Assembly: GCA_964645535.1 (NCBI GenBank)
Contig: CAZYCQ010000073.1
Span: 1 to 13,359 of the forward strand
Direction of reading: 5' to 3'
DNA length: 13,359 nt
Source of the DNA: an uncultured archaeon
Lineage (GTDB): Archaea > Asgardarchaeota > Heimdallarchaeia > Heimdallarchaeales > Kariarchaeaceae
A program made the position numbers and the translations under genes. Positions 7,315 through 13,359 of the stretch are shown in pieces. Each line of letters begins with the position of its first letter. Position 1 is the stretch's first letter. The notes below the pieces were generated by a model. It had not been told where the DNA came from. It saw nothing but the letters and a program-made list of their open reading frames with translations, and did not search any database.

Positions 7315-8070
7315 TTATTCATCGGAAGAGAAAGACAAGGTGGATGACAGGACAAGGATAAGTGAAACAAAGGATAATAATGAAAATATAGCGAGATCGT
7401 ATTCTTCCTCGACAGTAACACGGTCAGACAGTTGTAGATAGAATCGCCAGAAAAGAACCGTACCTAACGAAAGAAGAGTGGCTGCCAAAATTACAAAAAA
7501 GACAACTCGAAGATAGAATGAAATGACAAGTGATCTTCCTTCATTCAATTTTTCATTTTGCAAATCATATGCCGTTAATTTCAATCGTTCTTTGAATCCT
7601 GCAAAGGTCTCTTCTGCTTTTGTGGTTAAAGGAATTGCCACCCGAGTATTTCCCACGGATTTGGATGACAGTTGCTGTAAGAACAGGAGATAAATCAATG
7701 CTCCCACCCATATCAGATTTAGGAGAAGTATCTGAATGGAAATTGCTTGGAAAATGTTGCCACCCAAGGGGATTTTCACTCCAGAAGTCCATTGTTCTAG
7801 AGCAGAAATCATAACCAAGAACAAAGCAAAATATGGTAACATGGGTTTTGAAACAAAGTTGATATTTTCTTGGTTTCCGTTGACAAGCAAAACCAAAATT
7901 AGAAGAATAGTCAGGATTTGAGATACGCCAAACCCGATTTGCAGGATGAGAGAACAAAGAAGAAGAAGGAGAACCAATCTATTCATTAGGGGGCTGAAGG
8001 TTAATATGCCAGGACGATCGAATCCATATCCCAATTCGTAATACAATGACTGTTCATCGATGGTAGACAC
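7315..8070 (-). CDS. Hypothetical multi-pass membrane protein, last gene of MoxR cluster
   Basis: 251 aa with several hydrophobic helices; GTG start 1 nt after the DUF58 stop, suggesting translational coupling. Confidence 0.75.
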   Translation of the reverse strand: MSTIDEQSLYYELGYGFDRPGILTFSPLMNRLVLLLLLCSLILQIGFGVSQILTILLILVLLVNGNQENINFVSKPMLPYFALFLVMISALEQWTSGVKIPLGGNIFQAISIQILLLNLIWVGALIYLLFLQQLSSKSVGNTRVAIPLTTKAEETFAGFKERLKLTAYDLQNEKLNEGRSLVISFYLRVVFFVILAATLLSLGTVLFWRFYLQLSDRVTVEEEYDLAIFSLLSFVSLILVLSSTLSFSSDE

Positions 8071-8071
8071 G

Positions 8072-9418
8072 TTATTTCCTCCTAACAGATCTTAAAGCCC
8101 GATCCAATGCCTCAACAACAGTTTCTCTTTCGTCATGAATATAGGCATAGACTGCATTGAATCGTTTCATTTCCTGCTTCATGTAAATCCCACGAAAAAC
8201 CTCATCATATTGAATATGCATTCCCATGATGTCACGGAGGATTTTGGCGTATTCGTCACCAGCGTATGTTTTCGCAACATCATCGATACGTTTGGAGATG
8301 GAAAATTCAGATCCGTGAACATCAATGAAAATCAAGTTGTTTTTCATCATCACGATTCTTCGTACGAGGTTGAGGAATTCATTGATCTTGTATTCAAGGT
8401 CTCCAATGATTATAAACAACTTATTGGTGATCTTTTCTTTCTCAAGGCGACGGGCAAGGTTTGTAAAGTTCACGTAGGTATCTTTTGCTTTGGCGCTGTA
8501 CAGTTCACCCCATATTCGCAATTGCTGTTTTCTGCTTTGTGAAGGTTTGAAATAGAGCTGTACATCATCATCGAAAAACAGAAATCCTGTTGGGTGACCC
8601 TGTTCCAGAATTCCAGTGTAGATGTCCATTGCAGACCCCAAAACAAAATCAAATTTCTGACCTCGCATAGTGGTTCCTCCTTGCATGACAACAATAACTT
8701 CCAATTGTTTTTCATCCTCATACTCCTTACTTATGAGCTTACCGTGTTTGGCAACAGCAGGCCAATATACGATTTTTGAAGGATCACCACGGATGTATTC
8801 CCGAAGTCCATGGAAATCATTCCCCATGCCTTTTCTGCGAATGGAATAAATATCTATGAGTTTGGAAAACACTTCCTGAACTTTAAGTTGATTGACATGC
8901 GCCTTGATTCTTTTGGGGTAGACCCTTACAGGAACCGTATCCACTTTTGCCAAGGGTGTTGTAAATATATCAAAAATATCGTTCTGATTAACCTTTATTG
9001 GACCTAATTCGAATAGACCTCGTTCAAGAGGCAATAGAGGGATGTTTACAACAGCAGTTTGATTGGACAAGATGGATAGAGAGAGCTGATTGGATTGATT
9101 GACTGGGAAAATGCCTCCAGGTAAATCAATGGAAATTTTGACACTTGGCAAGTCAGAGTCGCTGTGATTTCGGATGGACAGGTGAAGAACCTCGAGTTCC
9201 CCCCTGAAGAGAATACCATGGCGAGTTTTTACCTCTAGTTCCACCTTTGGTTTCTTTTGGAATTTCACATAGCCTACGTAAGCAATCATATAGAAACTCA
9301 GAATTGAAATGAATATGAGTAGGACATAAGATTGGAGAATGTTGGCCATCATTAGCATTGCCATTGTCAAGGCAAGGAAAATAGAACCTCTAGGGGTTAA
9401 TCGAACCTCCATATCCAT
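8072..9418 (-). CDS. DUF58 family protein (N-terminal TM, Ig-like domain, vWA-like domain), MoxR partner
   Basis: GNDFHGLREYIRGDPSKIVYWPAVAKHGKLISKEYEDE DUF58 signature; ERGLFELGPI...DIFDIF...VRVYP Ig-like segment; directly downstream of MoxR. Confidence 0.9.
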   Translation of the reverse strand: MDMEVRLTPRGSIFLALTMAMLMMANILQSYVLLIFISILSFYMIAYVGYVKFQKKPKVELEVKTRHGILFRGELEVLHLSIRNHSDSDLPSVKISIDLPGGIFPVNQSNQLSLSILSNQTAVVNIPLLPLERGLFELGPIKVNQNDIFDIFTTPLAKVDTVPVRVYPKRIKAHVNQLKVQEVFSKLIDIYSIRRKGMGNDFHGLREYIRGDPSKIVYWPAVAKHGKLISKEYEDEKQLEVIVVMQGGTTMRGQKFDFVLGSAMDIYTGILEQGHPTGFLFFDDDVQLYFKPSQSRKQQLRIWGELYSAKAKDTYVNFTNLARRLEKEKITNKLFIIIGDLEYKINEFLNLVRRIVMMKNNLIFIDVHGSEFSISKRIDDVAKTYAGDEYAKILRDIMGMHIQYDEVFRGIYMKQEMKRFNAVYAYIHDERETVVEALDRALRSVRRK

Positions 9419-9421
9419 CCC

Positions 9422-10363
9422 TTAAATAGCAACCTCTGATTCTTTCAGGATTCTTTCAACCACATCCTGGATGCGAACACGATCTAGCTCGGCCTCGTGG
9501 GAAAGAACCAGACGGTGATTGAGAACGTCGAAGGCCATGAATTTCACATCATCGGGTTCGACGAAATCACGACCGTTTACTGCGGCTGTAGCTTTCCCTA
9601 ATTGCATCAGAGCGATACTTGCACGAGGAGATGCCCCTAATTCCAAATTCCGGTTTTCTCTCGTGTTCATAACGATATTGAGGATGTATTCAATGATTTC
9701 ATTAGAAATTTCGACCTTTGGGATGTAATCCTGTATTTCTAGGATTTTTTCTTTGTTTGTCAATGTCTTGACTGGTGGGTTGAATTCCTTATGTTTAAGG
9801 AGCAACATCTGACGTTCCACTTCTCTTGTTGGGAAGTCAATAAGCAGTTTAATGAGGAAACGATCCTGCTGTGCCTCTGGCAATGGATAAACTCCCGCAT
9901 TTTCAAGCGGATTTTGCGTCGCAATCACCAAGAAAGGACTATCAAGTTTCCTTGCCTCTCCTTCAACGGAGACCTGCCGTTCCTGCATTGCCTCCAAAAG
10001 GGCAGATTGTGTTTTGGGAGGGCTTCGATTGATTTCATCACAAAGAAGAAAGTTAGTAAATACAGGACCCTCCATGAATTCAAATTCTCTTGTCTTTTGA
10101 TTGAAAACGTTCACACCGGTAATATCGGAAGGCATGAGGTCTGGAGTAAATTGGATTCGATTGAATTTAAGTCCTAGAACCTCTGCCAAGGTTGATGCGG
10201 CCAAGGTTTTTGCCAAGCCAGGATTTCCTTCGAGGAGGACATGACCATTAGCCCAAAGTGAAATCAAGATTTTTTTCAGATAAGTATCATATCCCACTAG
10301 TCGCCTCTTGCATTCATCTATGACAGAAGTTGTTAGTTGGCGAACCTCCTCTGCATTTACCAT
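9422..10363 (-). CDS. moxR: MoxR-family AAA+ ATPase (MoxR proper subfamily)
   Basis: Walker A GNPGLAKT, RIQFTPDLMPSDITG, Walker B LLCDEINR, PPKTQSALLEAMQE, ATQNP, YPLPEAQQDRF, GASPRAS. Confidence 0.96.
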   Translation of the reverse strand: MVNAEEVRQLTTSVIDECKRRLVGYDTYLKKILISLWANGHVLLEGNPGLAKTLAASTLAEVLGLKFNRIQFTPDLMPSDITGVNVFNQKTREFEFMEGPVFTNFLLCDEINRSPPKTQSALLEAMQERQVSVEGEARKLDSPFLVIATQNPLENAGVYPLPEAQQDRFLIKLLIDFPTREVERQMLLLKHKEFNPPVKTLTNKEKILEIQDYIPKVEISNEIIEYILNIVMNTRENRNLELGASPRASIALMQLGKATAAVNGRDFVEPDDVKFMAFDVLNHRLVLSHEAELDRVRIQDVVERILKESEVAI

Positions 10364-10384
10364 ACATCTTGATTACTTCAGACC

Positions 10385-10398
10385 TTTTTATATTTCTC
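10385..10398 (-). promoter_or_regulatory. BRE/TATA (GAGAAA-TATAAAAA) internal promoter for moxR
   Basis: TATAAAAA at 10392-10385 begins 29 nt before ATG10363, consistent with a leaderless transcript. Confidence 0.55.
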
Positions 10399-10446
10399 TG
10401 AGGCACAAATGTTTTTTCACCAAATCTTTTTTGATTCCTCGCCTTA

Positions 10447-11757
10447 TTATAACCATTTTCTAATATTCTGAGAAATATATTCATTGATTTCATGATTGAT
10501 TTTCCAAAGAGTCTCTACAGACTTAATTGCACTAAGGCGTCCATACTTCTGCTCAAGATATTTCCTAAAGGTAAAATCTCCTGCATTTTCCTCAATTTTC
10601 TTGAGAAGAGATTGGTTGGCAGTATGGAGTATTCGGTCACCCATATATTGATAGAGAATATAGAATTCAGAGATTAACCTTTCTGCTCGCGTAGGATTGG
10701 AGATATAGTTGATCTGAACTTTCTCGACCCGACCATCTTTAATGGCTAACTTTCGTTTTCTCCTGTACTGAGAGTAACGGTTTAGTCCTACAGCCAGTGC
10801 AATGATTCCTAATCCATAGGTAAGACCCTGCCCAGAACTCAATCCGATCCAAACGCTGATGAACCAAGATGTTAATCCCAAAAAACTATTGAATTGGGGT
10901 TGGAGATGCGTTTCATCGAAATAGACATGGGTTGTTCCCACTATGCTTGCAAGATAACCAATTAGTAAGAGGACAAAAATTGCATTTCCCAAAATAAATT
11001 CGACATCACCTATCCTTCCTTTCTGTTGCCAATATAGGTTCAAAGGAAGGCTGGCATCGCCAAATGCCACCACAATGCCTTCTCCAAACAGTTTAAGGAC
11101 GCCAATGGGAAGAGGACTTACTTTATCTGAAGAATCAATTAGGTTATCATCATCCAGATCCAAGAAAGCGGAACTGTTTTTGTCAGTGAAAAGTATTGGA
11201 TAAGCAGTTCCATCCAAAAAGCCAATAATATCCACCACAGCCGTTGCCCTGTTAAGTTGGATCGGATTGATGGCAAAGTCCCCTAGCTGAGAGGAGATGA
11301 ATCTTTCGAAAACTAATGGTTTATCGGGGGAATTTGTGAACAGGAAGGGATTGGTTTCACGGAGTACACCATCCATATATGTCAATCCAAATGTTCCAGC
11401 AACCTCCCGAGCGTTTCCATAATCTTCGAAAATAACTAGGATGCCTCCATTATTGACAAAATCATGGTAAGCCGCAAGTTCAGCAGTGGTATATTTTCGT
11501 TCTGCACCAATTAGAACCATGAGCTTTACATCTTTGTTTTCTCGAAGATAAAGAGGAGAAATCACGATTCTTGAAACTGTGAAATTAAGAAATGATTGAA
11601 GATCGTTTTTGAAACGTGAGGCGCCTAAATCATCTTGACGAAGAATTGAGTGATTGGGAGCATATGGAGATGCAGATATGAATGTCAATGCAATCAGGAG
11701 AATCAGAATCAATCCTCCTGCGAGAATCCTAGTGGAATTTAGTTTTAATATGTCCAA
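10447..11757 (-). CDS. DUF4350-like membrane-anchored extracellular protein
   Basis: N-terminal TM, GASRF, LVLIGAERKYTTAEL..FVNNGGILVIFEDYG, GEGIVVAFGDAS, GNAIF, VYFDETH motifs, then a second TM; ORF track start is 11787, but TTG11757 lies 1 nt after the upstream stop. Confidence 0.8.
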   Translation of the reverse strand: MDILKLNSTRILAGGLILILLIALTFISASPYAPNHSILRQDDLGASRFKNDLQSFLNFTVSRIVISPLYLRENKDVKLMVLIGAERKYTTAELAAYHDFVNNGGILVIFEDYGNAREVAGTFGLTYMDGVLRETNPFLFTNSPDKPLVFERFISSQLGDFAINPIQLNRATAVVDIIGFLDGTAYPILFTDKNSSAFLDLDDDNLIDSSDKVSPLPIGVLKLFGEGIVVAFGDASLPLNLYWQQKGRIGDVEFILGNAIFVLLLIGYLASIVGTTHVYFDETHLQPQFNSFLGLTSWFISVWIGLSSGQGLTYGLGIIALAVGLNRYSQYRRKRKLAIKDGRVEKVQINYISNPTRAERLISEFYILYQYMGDRILHTANQSLLKKIEENAGDFTFRKYLEQKYGRLSAIKSVETLWKINHEINEYISQNIRKWL

Positions 11758-11758
11758 T

Positions 11759-12937
11759 TTATTCTTCAATAACTTGTACCTCCTCAACTATATCTTCGTC
11801 TGTAATGGGGACAAGATTCTCAAGTAGGTCAACCATCTGTTTTGCTTGTGAAAGAGAAAGCTCTCTCTGACCATACCTTGCATAATAGAAAAGGTGAACG
11901 AGTTGTTCAAGGATGTCATTATTGATTTCACCCTTTTCAAAATGCTTATGGGAATGTTCCAAAGGAGTATCACCAATATCCCGTTTCAATTTTGAAAACT
12001 TGGCAAAGGCATCATCCAATTTGTGATAGGTAGCAATAACCAGTTCCGAAGGGGGTATACTATCCAAATTTGCTTTTACCCAGGCAGAGATGACATGAAT
12101 ATGATCTCGGAAGTTGATCAATCTCCTTCTTCTTTCACGTTTCCGCTTAATTTCTTCTTCTGTCAACTTTTCAGATGTTGTGTCAGGTTTCATTTCCGTT
12201 TTTCTTTCCTTCTTCTTAATGAACCGATCCTCATCAATTTTTGAAAGGACATCAAGCAGGTAGCCAGTGGCAAAATAGAGGAAAATCACTGAACCAAAAA
12301 ACAATATTTGACCAAGTGAAATCTTGATCTGTAAGAAAAATCCACCCAATTTCAGATCAAATTGCAGTACTGAGCTAAGGTTAAATTGGGGCATATAACG
12401 GGATCGTGCCGGCATCTTTGAGAAGTTGATGGATGGAAGAGGGAGAGACCCATTATTGTTGTTTTGAGGGGGGCTGGTTGGTTGCACAGATATGGGAGGA
12501 GGGGCACTTGGCTTAGAGAAACCAGGACCTTGGCTAAAGGAAGGAGGTTTACTGATTCCTGATGGAAGCTCAGATGGAAACGGAAAATTTGTTTCAGTTG
12601 GTGTCGGAAGGCTGGGATTTTGGTTACTGAAATCGATTTCGGAAATGCCCCAGTCTTGCCCCTCACCTCCCACATCTGGTAAAACATCGGGAGGAATTGA
12701 AGGGAGGTTAGGAATATTTCCATCTGGAAGTGGGAGAGAGGGGAGACCATCACCACCAACCCCACCAGGTTTACTGAAGGGTTGTCCAGGCGTTGTATCA
12801 AAGCCTGGTACAGGTTCGCGTTCATCCACACTTTCAGTTTGACTCGAGCCTTGAAAGTAAAAAAGAAGAGCGCCAAGCAAAAGAATCAAAAGGATGGTCA
12901 ATAAGACCCTATTCGAATTGGATTTTCTGCTACTCAT
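11759..12937 (-). CDS. DUF4129-domain membrane protein with Pro/Ser/Gly-rich loop
   Basis: C-terminal YHKLDDAF...DTPLEH...LVHLFYYARYG is the DUF4129 pattern; two TM helices flank a long low-complexity region; ATG12937 overlaps the upstream stop (ATGAGTAG) and has GAGGT upstream. Confidence 0.8.
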   Translation of the reverse strand: MSSRKSNSNRVLLTILLILLLGALLFYFQGSSQTESVDEREPVPGFDTTPGQPFSKPGGVGGDGLPSLPLPDGNIPNLPSIPPDVLPDVGGEGQDWGISEIDFSNQNPSLPTPTETNFPFPSELPSGISKPPSFSQGPGFSKPSAPPPISVQPTSPPQNNNNGSLPLPSINFSKMPARSRYMPQFNLSSVLQFDLKLGGFFLQIKISLGQILFFGSVIFLYFATGYLLDVLSKIDEDRFIKKKERKTEMKPDTTSEKLTEEEIKRKRERRRRLINFRDHIHVISAWVKANLDSIPPSELVIATYHKLDDAFAKFSKLKRDIGDTPLEHSHKHFEKGEINNDILEQLVHLFYYARYGQRELSLSQAKQMVDLLENLVPITDEDIVEEVQVIEE

Positions 12938-13359
12938 TGTTAAACCTCTCGCCAACAGTGAAGCCAAATGCGGCTATGAATGAAATTGGGATAAGAAGTA
13001 AGAGAGCAAATGCGATGGAAAAAAGAAAAGCGAATGCAAAGGCTACATCATCACCAAAACCAGTAAAGATGTCAGAAGTTTTGAACAAAAAGAGTCCAAC
13101 AAAGAATACTGCCAGAACAACAATGCCAATCATTCTGGCAACTGCCCTCAAAAGCTGTATGAGGATACCCTCAGATCGTGTGGGTCCATTCACCATTCCA
13201 GTGATAAAGCCTGAGAGAAACCAAGCAATCAATATGACGGTGAAATTAAGCTCTTCAAAATTCTCCAAATAAATGAAAAAAAGAAAGGAAGCCACGCCCA
13301 AAAGAGGATAGAAAGAGGGAGAAGCAAAAGAAATGAAATCTTGGAGGGAAACCAGAAGT
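12930..13359 (-). CDS. Hypothetical multi-pass membrane protein, 5'-truncated by the window edge
   Basis: The frame stays open from 13301 to the window end (LLVSLQDFISFASPSFYPLLGV...); hydrophobic helices; 8-nt overlap with the DUF4129 gene. Confidence 0.72.
   Translation of the reverse strand, partial: LLVSLQDFISFASPSFYPLLGVASFLFFIYLENFEELNFTVILIAWFLSGFITGMVNGPTRSEGILIQLLRAVARMIGIVVLAVFFVGLFLFKTSDIFTGFGDDVAFAFAFLFSIAFALLLLIPISFIAAFGFTVGERFNNE

Noticed and set aside
135-12244. Remaining short ORFs nested in longer genes (e.g. 849-1199, 5141-5395, 7565-7957, 8135-8542, 9791-10177)
   Set aside because: Fully overlap well-supported CDSs and show no motifs or translation signals
12352-13272. 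Alternative-frame and antisense ORFs (174, 116 and 159 aa)
   Set aside because: Shadows of the Pro-rich and hydrophobic coding regions, which are depleted of stops in other frames
1-13359. CRISPR array, IS/transposase, prophage or recognised defence system
   Set aside because: No regularly spaced repeats, terminal inverted repeats, recombinase motifs or known defence gene signatures were seen

Overview
AT-rich, gene-dense archaeal chromosomal segment. An Asgard-type host (e.g. Heimdallarchaeia) is inferred from a Rab-like small GTPase, a stand-alone longin-like protein, a DGGGP-synthase-type UbiA prenyltransferase and TATA/BRE promoters. Left half: a wHTH regulator fused to a degenerate SAM-methyltransferase-like domain (preceded by a perfect 14-bp palindrome), a longin-like protein, a membrane-anchored TlpA-type thioredoxin, DGGGP synthase, a membrane protein, an unknown (possibly wHTH) protein, and a Rab-like GTPase with a coiled-coil and PxxPxK tail. 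Right half (minus strand): an apparently catalytically dead HhH + RNase_H_2/YprB-like nuclease, a metallophosphoesterase, and a MoxR cluster (membrane protein - DUF4129 - DUF4350 - MoxR - DUF58/vWA - membrane protein) that runs off the right edge. No mobile element, CRISPR array, tRNA or rRNA was recognised. All family calls come from motif recognition by eye, not database searches.
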